This document shows, piece by piece, positions 39,890 through 50,959 of a stretch of 64,000 nucleotides of DNA. The translations under genes were made by a program, and so were the position numbers. This DNA comes from Cirrosporium novae-zelandiae (lineage: Eukaryota), in assembly GCA_026023565.1 (NCBI GenBank), contig JAPETS010000004.1, positions 186,001 through 250,000 of the forward strand. The letters run 5' to 3'. The notes under the pieces were generated by a model. That model ran no database searches, had not been told where the DNA came from, and saw only the letters and a program-made list of their open reading frames with translations. The stretch's first letter is position 1. Each line of letters starts with the position of its first letter.

Positions 39890-42101
39890 TCACAGCGTAT
39901 ATAGAAAATCGGGCCTGGGAGTATGAAGTTATCAGCTTGGCTCCGTACAGATAATACCTTCTCCTACCTTTTATCACCAAGTAATTCAATCTCCTTTTCG
40001 CTCTTTCCTTCGATCCAAGAATCGCGCTTACCAGCCCTTCTTTTGGAATTTTCTCTCCTGAGCAGTACATACTGCAGAATTGATCCTCCTAGAAGGAAGA
40101 AGGCTTCATACCCAAGGACAGTACCATGACCCGGCTTGTATCTTGGTTTATCTTTTGAGCGATAGATATTGCTACTAACAACACCATTAAGATTTCCCCA
40201 TCCGATCACGAAGCCCAAGGTAACACCACGTTTATATACCCCTTCGACATTATTGCTGGTCCACGTGATGGTATTAGCAATGCAAGGATATATTCCAAGG
40301 GCTCCAAGGAAAGTTCCTGCGTATTGGACACCTGGCTTTCCACTCCCAAGGAGCATACTAAATCCTGTGATTCCAAGTAAAGCACACCCCATATTACAGA
40401 GCCCTCTCTGCCTTGTCCGATCAGCAGTGAAGCCGATGGCTATAGTAAGGATGGCAGCAGCGGCATAGGGCGGAACTGATAGCAATTGTGCCTTCGTTGA
40501 CTTATATCCGAGACCGCTGATGATAGCTGTGTAATAGCGGTTAGTCCGACCGTATAAGAAAAGATTCGAACGCTGCTTACTTGGGAGAAACAAGCTGAAC
40601 GCATACAGAGCACCGTCGGCCCCCATATCTTAGAAAAGGGTCACATTAGCAAGTACACTATCTCACAATATAGAGGGAATACGTAGAGGCTATAATTAAG
40701 AGAGGAAGAAATTGGTGCTGGGAAGAAACGACGATCCGGGTATTGGTAATGGATATACCCGGAATCGCGGGTAATATATTGGCAATACCCGTACCGCTAA
40801 GACTTTCTGCCCAAGGCCAAAAGTGATTCAAGTTATCCATTTAGTCTGAGCCTCCCCAAAATTTCAATGGGTAGCAATCGGTTTTTCGGCTTCACCCTTG
40901 AACGAACTGCTCTGTGATATTGGGTTCCCGCTAATTTTTCTGGAGATACAAAGTAAATGAAGACAGAAAGGAGACTCACATATCAGCATTCCGGTGTATG
41001 TCTTCCAGTCTTTAACAGAAGCCCAGAAATATGCCATCCTAAATTTCTCATGCTCTGCACTTGATTGCTTGTCCATCTTCAGTCGGCGAATAACACGCAA
41101 ACGATCATCGTTAGACAGGAATCTGGCATCGTCCGGGAAATCATGAACCAGCCAGAATGAGAAAACTCCAATAATCAACGTCCCCAAGCCTTCTAGTATG
41201 AATATCCATGCCCATCCTGGTTTACCGCCGATGCCGTCCATTCTGTTCAAGGTTAGTTGCGTGCCCTAGTGGCTAATTTCTATAGATCTTACTGTGTAAT
41301 TGCAGCTGCCAGCAACCCGCCAAATGAGCCAGCAACGGCTGCAGCCGAGAAGAAGACTGCAGCTCGAACCCCAAACTCAGAGCGTTTATACCAACATGAG
41401 AGATAGTAGTTGATACCAGGAAACAAACCTGCTTCAGTGAAACCTAACCACCATCGTGCCGCCATAAGTCCACTGAAATTATGGACTAATCCCATGGCCT
41501 GTTTCTTCGATCAGCATCACAGCCAGGAGCCACAACAGATGCCAGCTAGTAGGATACAGCGCACTCACAGTCATAACAATTCCCCAGAGAATCATTATTA
41601 TAGGAATGAATATACTAGGTCGAAGGCGTTTGAGTAGTATATTGGTCAATGGTTCAAATAACGAATAAGAAACAAAGAAAATCTTAACTAGTATCAGCAC
41701 AAAACACTTGATGGAGACCGAGTATTCCTACCGATAGAGTCGCATTGTATTGACCATTCGTCATATGCAAGTCCTCAATAAGGCCATCGATCTTTGCATT
41801 TCCAATATTTGTTCGGTCTAGGAACGATGCCAAATATAATAGGCAGAGCCAAGGAATCAGCTGAAGATCGAGCTTACGGACTAGCTTGCGATCCTGCACA
41901 GGTATATAAGGCAAGGCAATAGTGGTGATACAAGGTTTCGCATACAATGTTTGCTTTTTCCTCTTCGCTGAGGCCAGCATCTGGGTCTGGTGGAAGCAGC
42001 TCATCCACAGCACCAGCCTCGAAATCGCTACCATCCGTTCTATTCTTCTCATCGTACTCAGGATGGCGACCGCTTTCATGAGATATTGAAGGCTTCTCCA
42101 T
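39890..42101 (-). CDS. MFS anion:cation symporter (Tna1/Dal5-type nicotinate/allantoate permease), multi-exon
   Basis: KLDL.LIPWL..LYL.SFLDRTNIGNAK, EAGLFPG..YYLSCWY, WAWIFILEG, AQLLSVPPY, EGVYKRG, ends RPDFLYTL*. Confidence 0.93.
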
Positions 42102-42949
42102 AGGTACAAATGCGTGCTGGTTGGGGAATAAAATACGTGGATAGAAGATGAAGGTAAAAAGAGGTGAGGAAAGGTTATTCTAGGGGATGAGGAAGGAAGA
42201 TATATCATTCCCCATATTAGCCATTCATACTAGACTAGCCTATTGGAAATTGTGGGATCCCATCTAACCGTGGTACCCGTGAATTACTTCTACATTTCTA
42301 CGTCAAAGGCTGAGGATACTGTCGTCGGGGTGTCTCGGCGTTGGCTCTACCGAGGGATGATTTGATACAATTTGAGAGAAACCCCGCAATTCGCTTATGA
42401 TGAATACAGCATAGCTACCACAGCACGGGTATGACAACGGCCATCTCCAATAATGACCAAGGATAGTCTATGTTTGTCAATGTCTCCTCATTAAGGAAGG
42501 TCCATATCAAATAATATCTAGTCTAGACAACTTTGTGGTGTAGCTGATTCCACTCTTTTACCTTTCCCTTCGTCCTACAACCTGGACTATCAGATTAGAA
42601 TCGTATGACGACCATCCATCGAACCATATCTAGGACGCCTTCAGCAGAATGGGCTTTGACATAAACCATTTGTTAGGGAAGGTTCCTGAAGAAGGCCAGT
42701 ATAACACCATTGCTTTTTAATCGAAACGGGCTTTTATAAATAAAATATCGACGAGACTTGCCTACTGGTCTTGGCTAAATAATAAAGAATAGTCTAAATC
42801 CTTATTCTCTAAACCTGCAGTAAAATACAAACTGAAAACTACCTTTTTTTCTGTTCTTTCTCTTCTCTTATACTTTTGGAAGTATGAACCCTTTATTTTA
42901 TTTATGACTCTCGCGTCATCTTCATATGCTTTCCGCACTTAGCCCAAAA

Positions 42950-43524
42950 GCCCGAGGGTGGTTCGCATGTTTGTGTTACAAAGGAAGGAGAGTAGAGCAC
43001 TAAGACGAGGCTCTAGACCTACGGACCGAAGGCGGAACGTAGGCGGGAATGTGGCGCTACGTGGCGCCTATAAGTCGCCGATAAGGGTAACGCATCACAG
43101 ATAGAATAAGGACTTTATATAGAGGGAAAGGAGGAGATTGGGAAAGGCCAGCTTTCAGTCTTGTATTATACTGATGTACTACTATTAAGATACTACTACG
43201 TTACGCGCAAGCAACGCACCAGTACCGCTACCTACACTATCGGAGCCCAATCCTTGACAGTTTGATGGTGCATTATATATACCTTTCGATAAAAATAAAA
43301 ATGAAAGCGACCAGACCCAGAAAAATGACCTTGGAGAGACCTTCAAACAAAATTAGTTTTCACATATCTGCAACTGATTTTTGTCCTTTGGACTTTGGGG
43401 AGGCCTTCAAATCGAAAATTCAAATTTGATTTTGTTTAGAGGCCTTCCCAAGATCACTTTTCTAGATTTAGCTGCTTTCATTTTTAAGCGACTGCACCTT
43501 TAAACATGCGAACCACCCTTGGCC
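42950..43524. mobile_element. Foldback MITE with long imperfect TIRs, left TIR interrupted by a solo LTR
   Basis: Left end without the LTR: GCCCGAGGGTGGTTCGCATGTTTGATGGTGCA; right end reverse complement: GGCCAAGGGTGGTTCGCATGTTTAAAGGTGCA; inner AAAAATGAAAGC..AAACAAAAT arms are also inverted. Confidence 0.8.
42974..43259 (+). mobile_element. Solo LTR (286 bp) with 5-bp target-site duplication GTTTG
   Basis: Ends TGTTA...TGACA; GTTTG at 42969-42973 and 43260-43264; internal TATA-like TTTATATAG; strand inferred from that motif only. Confidence 0.88.
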
Positions 43525-43670
43525 TTAACCTTACTTCTCTTCTTCTTTCTACTCTCTTCCTTTGCTACACTCTAGTATACTAGTCTATCCTCGATATCCT
43601 CTCATTTCTATATCTTTACATCACTAATATTGTGCCCTACATACCTTATCAAACTTCTTTAACAATAGAC

Positions 43671-44497
43671 ATGTCTTCTTCATCTTGCGCCTCGATCTCT
43701 GATATCCCCTTAGTTAATATTCCTCGAAGACGACCGTCAACGAAAGAGTACTTAAAATCAGAGTACCAGGAAACAATGGCCACCGTTATTGAAGCACCTA
43801 AACCAGAGAAACACGCCGAAGATTGTAATGAAGAACGATTATGAAAAGGCTTAACGTATGTCGACTTTACCCTTCGCAATACAATTATGCGACAAGGAAT
43901 GAGATTGTTCACGCAGATTTGATGATACTAATCAAAAATGGACGATTCCAAACTTTGCAGAAACACCTCTACAATGACTATTGCGATATACCTCGCGTTG
44001 TTCCGGCTGTTAAAGGCCTTGAAACTAAGCTCATGTCAAAAATACTCCTGCACATGGTCGATTGTTGGTTCGTTAGGAGTGAAGACGATCCAGATAATAA
44101 AGAAATGTGGACACCCACAGAAGAGATAAAAGCTTGCTATAAATGCTTGAGAAATACGAAAAACGAAGGGGAAACCGCCAAAAGAATTATACAAGAGATT
44201 AATCTCTCTTTAGCCAAAAAGATAAAGAGTGAAAAGCAAGATAAAGATTTCATGGAGTTTGCAGAATCCGATTTCGAGATTACGCCAAGTACGCAGACGG
44301 CTAAGCAGGCGACTAAACGTGTTGCTTCGATGGATCTTCAATCAGAAGTTAAAAAAGCGAAAACCATGGCAACGGAATGGAAAAGATTACTTAACATGGC
44401 AACTGGAATTAGAACACTTTCAGAAACGTACGTACAGAAGTATGGAGTTTTAGCTGGACCTCCAAATATTGTCTATGACAGGACTCTGGATTTGTGA
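43671..44497 (+). CDS. Orphan hypothetical protein(s); two ORFs joined by an ATGA overlap, possibly a frameshifted gene
   Basis: 57-codon ORF from ATG 43671 plus 218-aa ORF 43841-44497; no family recognised. Confidence 0.4.
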
Positions 44498-44860
44498 AAG
44501 CAATGTGAGGGCGACACTAAGTACTAGTGTGAAAGAGTTATGAGGTTGGGCGTTTATATGGGCAGTTGGGGATAGAAACTAGGGCTGAGGTAGCTGCTCG
44601 AGGGGAACCATGAATTGTATTGAGCCTTGTCTGTCGAATGGATGCCCTAGGCAGTGTGATAGAAATAATTATATAGATAGACGATAGCAGTAACAATAGA
44701 ATAATGGTTGATTGGCATACAAAGCGCAGGCAGTGATGATAGCTCCGAAATGGCTCCCATGATAGATAGAAAAGTCGAACGCTGCTTTGTTATTCCAAAC
44801 GACGTTCTCCTTTTTTAAAAAGTAGGCGCATATTACACTAGTTAAGCGCATCCCTAAGAT

Positions 44861-45478
44861 TTGGCGCGCCTTAATAGGAAGACCTTCAATTTATTGGTAA
44901 CAAAGGATTTATTCAAGAAAATTCGTGGTGGTGATGTTGTTTCTGCTATACTACTTAATACAACCAAGATCATCGGCTTTAAATTGCCTATGATTGTATT
45001 TAAAAACGAAAATTCGGCATGGACTTATGAAGATTTCCTGGCTCAAAATATAATTACCATCAAGGGATAGCGAATCTATGCGAGGACGGTTCAAGTACCC
45101 AGATATCCAGAAAAAGGCCGCCCAATTGACCATACTCGATGCCTGACAGTTCGCCAGGTTCCTTGGAATATCAGTTTTAAGTCTCTACAGAAACACTTAG
45201 CGTCTCGTGAGACCAATATCGAAACCATCGAGACCATCGAGATGAAGGCTGATCAGGAATGGGAGATTCGATTTATTTCAGTCGAATTCGCTGGAGGGGC
45301 TTATGAGATTCTATCTAATGTTAGGGGTTATTCCGGTTGCAAAGTTGAGTTTTCGCCAGACCCTTGTGCTTAGCCTACAGAGACCCTCAAGGATCCTATT
45401 ATCAAGGGCTATTCTGTTTCTGATGATACATCTAAGGTTGTTGCGAAGCTTCTTATTTCTCTTGAATTGCTGGCGTAA
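44861..45478 (+). pseudogene. Decayed fungal RRM-like protein gene
   Basis: One frame reads KIRGG.V.S...HTRCLTV...IRF.SV..A..AY..L.....Y.GC.VEFSPDPCA with in-frame TAG at 45068 and 45371 and no intact start. Confidence 0.6.
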
Positions 45479-46041
45479 TTAGTGCCGAGGTTCCTATGCT
45501 TATAATTCCCTAAGAATCTGTTACATTGATCCAAAGGATTTGTCTTGTTTCTACTCGATATTGGTTGCATGAACCGAGGTAGATTGCAGCTGCAGGTCAG
45601 ATCACTATAGCTTTCCTTAGATTTGGACATAATATAATAGAGAGGTTTTATATTAGAATTGAGAAGCATATATGGAGAAGCTTCGATGATAAATCATAGC
45701 TGATAAGGCTCCATGTTTCCGTTGTCTTCATGCTAGGTAACCTGCTCCATACATCCGTTAGCAATTGAAGAAGGATGTATTATTTAAAATGTGTGATCGA
45801 TTTTTTTTACAATGAAGGAAAATAGCAAACTTAATATAAGTGTATCATAGTGTAACAGTACAAAGATGACTGGCATAACTGGCATTGATTTCCGTCCAAT
45901 AAAAAACGCCCTGAGCTTATACGAGCCCTCTCATTGGTCCACATGTCAAAAGTATCTATTCCCTAGGGTTGATACGGTTCATCATAACCCCCCCCTTTTC
46001 TCCCATCCTATCCTTATTTTTTCCACTCGTCGCACTCGCGT

Positions 46042-47158
46042 TCACATAAAACTCTGTCGCTTCTTATTAAATGCCCGTTGGTCTTTCAACCACTGTCTGT
46101 AACCTTGAACGCTGCCGATCTTCTCACCATAGTAATCAGGCACGGGGTTCTGGTAAGAGGAATTGCTGGGGTCGACGCGATGGCGCTGGATGCGATGGTA
46201 GAATTCCTTTTCCATCTAGGGGTTGACGGTTAGCTTGAGGAGAAGTCCACTAGAAAGTGAGGGGGGAGCAGAATGGGTTGAGAATAGGGGGAGATCAGGA
46301 GAGATGATATCGTGTTCGCATCAATCGCAACTTAAGCGTCTGAGTGAGCTGGGTATAACGAAAATCTGTCATCATTTCATGGGAAGAGAAGTGTATTGGA
46401 GTGAGGCGCTATCTGGCATGGCAATCCGGTCCTTAGTCAAACTAGTGAATACCTCCTTAGTGCCTTCGTAGGCAGGAAATGTTTATTATCTCCTATTGGA
46501 GCAGACGGGGATGATTGGCCAGACAATAGCTCTATCACACAAAATGACATGGGGAGAGTTCACTCACCAGCCTCATGTCTTTAATGTCCTTCCGATACCT
46601 CAAAGCAAAAACTCTATTACCCACAACCGGACCAATCAACCACCCAATAGCTGCAAACCCTGCCGTCATGATCCCCAGCACCACCACAGGATCCAACCCG
46701 AACTGTGAAGCGCCGAAGGAATCGAGATCTTGTGAGGAGATTACCGAGACGCCGCCGATGGTCGTCAGGACCGTGCTTGCGATGGCAGCTGTGAGATTGA
46801 ACCGGCGTCGGATTCGGCGTAGTTGTAAAAAGCGGTTCCATGTTAGAGCATGGCCGTTAATATTCGAGGGGTGGGAAATTGTCGAGGAGCTGGAAGAAGG
46901 TGAAGTACTGGTCGCGGTGGTGGATCCGGGACGAGCAGTTATCAAGGACGTGTGGAATTGTGTGGGTAAATTTCTTATCGTTTGCTGCCGAGAGATTGTG
47001 GGATTCTGACTTCGAGGGCTGGTGGAGGTATTGGATGGAGCTCCTCCGGAAATAGAGATACTAGAACTTGTGTGGAATGGTGCAGCGGCGAAGGTGGTGG
47101 AAGGTAGACGGCAGCTCAGGGCCGTCGAGCGGAGGGGAGTGGTTCTTTGTAATAGCAT
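46042..47158 (-). CDS. PAM17: Presequence translocase-associated motor subunit Pam17
   Basis: LTWNRFLQLRR.RRR, FGLDP, GWLIGP..G, EKEFY.RI..HRVDPS..S.QNPVPDYYGEKIGSV..YRQWLKDQR; intron 46567-46216. Confidence 0.95.
46291..46379 (-). ncRNA. SNR71: Intronic box C/D snoRNA, snR71-like (predicted guide for 25S rRNA Am2946, yeast numbering)
   Basis: C box ATGATGA (46375-46369), guide ACCCAGCTCAC complementary to 25S GUGAGCUGGGU, D' CAGA (46342-46339), D CTGA (46298-46295); the D'+5 rule points to the A of GUGAGC. Confidence 0.85.
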
Positions 47159-47739
47159 TCTTGATATATTATACAGAAAGGAGAAGAGGGTGAGATGTTT
47201 GAACGTTGAGAGATGTTTGAAAGTTGAGAGATGGGTTAGCAGTTTTGACGGTTTTGACGGTTAGTCTATAAAGTAGGGTAGTCTACACAGTAACCCGAAA
47301 TTTACATTATTGTGGTACTGTACTGTAAAGTGGCACTTAAAGCTCCTACGGAGGCACGGAAGAGCCTGCTATGCTTGGTATTCCGCCTTGATGCTTGACG
47401 GCAGCTTCCGTTGTAACCACAGAGCTGAATCCTCGCATTAACAACTACAACAATCAACGGCAAACACATTTATATTAGTTATGGACTAATACCTAGGTAA
47501 TTATTCAAACGCAAAAAAATAAGATTTTCTCAAATTTCTCTCTAAGGAATATCTAGCTACCCTACAAGCCCGTTACAGCAGTATTTAACCCAACTTCAAT
47601 GTCCAGCTTCTTATTTTGTCTAATAGAGCAGGTCACATTAATTCTCTACCCATGAGGTTTCCCTGTTATTAGATGATTTGATTGGTAGCTCAAACCTATT
47701 ATACCTTTTCCTTCATCCACGTCAACATCCTTCTTTAAA

Positions 47740-49083
47740 ATGATCGAAATAAGCTCTGTCAGTTCAGAAGCAGAAGAAGAATCTGATTATTCTTCTTCTG
47801 TCTTGGCATCTTCATCAAAACGACTATTCAAATCTGACCCATCGCCAGGAAAGAAAGTACCAGAGATAAACCACCCCCCTTTAGTTCCATCTGATGACTC
47901 ACAGCCAATCCTTGATGTAACACAACTTCCAGAAGGCACCATCATCTATAAAATTCGTCTCGGTCATGACAGCCAGCAAAAATACGTCTCCGCTGAAGAG
48001 ATTCTCGATTATGTGAGCCCAATAGATCTCGAGCATTTTGAAAACCATCGCTTCGACGTAGAGAAGCAGGAAGCTAAAAGGAAAGCAAGGGAAATCAAAG
48101 AAAAAAAGTTATTGAATAAGTTGAGGGGGAGAGGACGACCCCCGAAGACCAGATACCCTGCATTTAATTCTGTTGAGTTTCCAGACCAGGATAGCTCGAA
48201 CTCTGACACGTCCATACCATCAAAGAAAAGGCCGAGATCTCATGAGGTATCCAAAGTTGACAAGAAACGTGGGAGACCATTAAAACTAAAAACATCAAAT
48301 GTCGAACCACAAATTCCCAGTTTAATGTCTGAACCAGAGCCGGAATCAGAGCCTGTAGACCAGGTATCCTCGGATGAAGATGCCTACGAAGTCGAGAGAA
48401 TACTCGGGAAACGAATAGTTATGGGCACCGCACACTACCAAGTTAAATGGAAGCACTATGGGTCTGAATATAATGAATGGTTACCTGTTGATGCATTAGA
48501 GGGTGCTTCGGTCTTGCTTCAGAAGTACGAGAAAGGGCAACGTCAAGATGTGGATGAGACGGATTCAGATTATGAAGTGAGAGGGAGGTCGCGTCAAAGT
48601 CGAGACCCAGCGAAGAACAAGACTGTTAATCTAAAGACTATTTGGAATGAGAAATTAGGAGATCCAGAACCGACCTTCCAGCCTAGCAAACCTGAACCTA
48701 AGCCGGTTCTTAAGGGAATGTTAGAAAATGTTCCCAAGGCCAAGAATTCCCAGTCCATCCCCATTGTCAACCCAGAAGGTAGATCCCTCTCACCAACTTC
48801 AGATGACTTCTCCTCGGACGATATTGTCTCAACCAACACAAATCGCAAAAAAGAACAACGTTTCACTCGTCGGAAACGGTCCAAAGTATCCCCACCGTCC
48901 CCATTAGATTTAAGGATTAAGCGCTTTTTAGATCATCGTCTGAATACAGACGATAACGGCGAAGAGGAACTACAATACCTGATTGAATGGGAAGGGAGGA
49001 ATGATAATACGTGGGAGTCTACGAGTGGGTTAGTCGATGTCGAGGGTATTATCGATAGGTATTGGGGAAAAACTGATACCTGA
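47740..49083 (+). CDS. Chromodomain protein with AT-hook motifs
   Basis: YEVERILGKR..HYQVKWKHY..YNEW chromodomain; second C-terminal chromo-like IKRFLDHR..QYLIEWEG..NTWE; GRGRPPK and KRGRPLK. Confidence 0.85.
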   Translation: MIEISSVSSEAEEESDYSSSVLASSSKRLFKSDPSPGKKVPEINHPPLVPSDDSQPILDVTQLPEGTIIYKIRLGHDSQQKYVSAEEILDYVSPIDLEHFENHRFDVEKQEAKRKAREIKEKKLLNKLRGRGRPPKTRYPAFNSVEFPDQDSSNSDTSIPSKKRPRSHEVSKVDKKRGRPLKLKTSNVEPQIPSLMSEPEPESEPVDQVSSDEDAYEVERILGKRIVMGTAHYQVKWKHYGSEYNEWLPVDALEGASVLLQKYEKGQRQDVDETDSDYEVRGRSRQSRDPAKNKTVNLKTIWNEKLGDPEPTFQPSKPEPKPVLKGMLENVPKAKNSQSIPIVNPEGRSLSPTSDDFSSDDIVSTNTNRKKEQRFTRRKRSKVSPPSPLDLRIKRFLDHRLNTDDNGEEELQYLIEWEGRNDNTWESTSGLVDVEGIIDRYWGKTDT

Positions 49084-49127
49084 AATAAAGATCGGATGGG
49101 TGCTTTTTTGTTTTCGCTATATGAAGA

Positions 49128-50688
49128 CTAATACTCAGGCCATGTGTGATCCACCTTTTCCTTCCACTTGCGAAATCCTCCTTCAATATCTTTAATTGGC
49201 CGATTGCCTCCCATGTCCAATCCCATCTGCTTCAACCTATGTACAGCGAGCTGTGAATCATTTCCAAGGCGACACACAACGAATATGGGAGAGTCTTGTT
49301 GTAGGAAGTCGGGCATCCACTGCGGGAGTTCCTCATTTCGTGTTTCCTTCGCTGCGCCGAGGGTATGCGATTGGAAGGAAGACCAAGGGATATTGATGCT
49401 GTTGTCCAGATGGCAGATGCTAAATTGTGCTGGTTCTCGCACATCAATTAGCAAATGCGCTTGTTGGTGTTTCCTTTGCTCAGAATACTGCTCTGCGGAT
49501 ACCCTTTCTTCTTCTGACAATAGTTTGACGGGATTCTTCACCCCGCAAAAATTTGCATAGTTTAAATATCCAGAGGATAATGCTGAGGCTGAAACGCTAG
49601 AGTTACTAGAGCAGGCAAGACAGTTTGTCCGTCGTGGGCGTAACTTCACGGATCGAAATTGGGGTGTGCTAAAGGATGAGAAGAGTGTTAGGGACGGAAG
49701 TTGGGTGCGCTGTTTTGCGATCAAGACTTTGATGGCCTCCAGAGCCTGGAGCACTCCCATTGTCCCTACTACAGGTCCTAATATCCCGCCATCCGCACAA
49801 CTAACCACGTTTCCTGCTGGTGGTGGTTTTGGAAAAATGCAGCGGTAGCATGGGCCTCCTGCAGGATGTCCAGCTGGTAAAGGAGGATTGTTGAGGACCA
49901 TAAGTTGGCCTTCGGTGCGGAGGGCAGAAGCGGAGACTAGGGGTTTGTGAAATATAATGCAAGCGTCTGAAATGAGGTAGCGGGAGGTGGGATGGTCCGT
50001 GCAATCGAGAACGAGGTCGTAGGAGGGCATTATGGAGACGACATTTTGGGGAGTTAGATGATCTCGGTGCGCAATGAATTTAATATGCGGATTGAGCCTG
50101 TTAGAATCAGGGCTTTAGCGATATTGTCTTGATGTTATAGATACAACGGATGGCAGACTGTGAAAGATTTGAGATGGCACTATCAACCTTCAAGGTTCCA
50201 ATTGTAGACTCTCGGTGCAGTATTTGTCTATGCAAGTTCGAAGCCTCCACCGTATCCCCATCTACCAAACCCAGCGTTCCAACTCCCGCACCAGCTAAGT
50301 ATGCTGCTGCAGGGCATCCGAGGCCCCCAGCACCAACTATTAGGACGGATGATTTACGAAGATTAAGCTGACCTGGCAAGTATGTTAGAGCTTGTTGATC
50401 TGTAGATGACAAGATGAAAATTGACTGCGCGCCTTCAAGCCCGATTTCCGGAATGATCATTTGTCTACCATAGCGCTTGTATTCTTCAGGCAACAGCGGC
50501 CATTTTTGAGAGGTGGTTGAAGTATTGGATTCATTATGATCCAAGGGTCTGGCGTTTTTCACTAATCCCGACTCGGCGTGGGCGAGCTGCTCTTTCAAGC
50601 ATGTTAGTTGAATTTCCGTTTGACGGATCTGCTCTCTAAGAGCTATACAGCTATCGTCAGTGGTGACAGTAACGTTCTCAGAAGCCAT
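49128..50688 (-). CDS. UBA4: Adenylyltransferase/sulfurtransferase Uba4 (MOCS3/CnxF)
   Basis: [50 protein letters not shown], rhodanese motif CRLGNDSQ, ends WPEY; two introns. Confidence 0.95.
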
Positions 50689-50959
50689 AGCGATGAAATT
50701 GCACAATAATAGATTATCTAATAAAATATTCTTAAATGTGATAGACATGCCACTTTCTAACCGAGGGGCAATTTCGAGATCTTTCTGATAAGATAAGGAT
50801 GTTACGTTGTAGGGCTTAGCGTCAGGAACAGGCCTCGGCTACCAGATTTAATGATTCCCTCTCTATACTTTAGTAGAAGGTATTATAAGACACCCCCAAA
50901 GAATTGATTCATTTTTTTACTATCCACGCCCCCCTTACCGTGATACTTAACCTAGCAAT

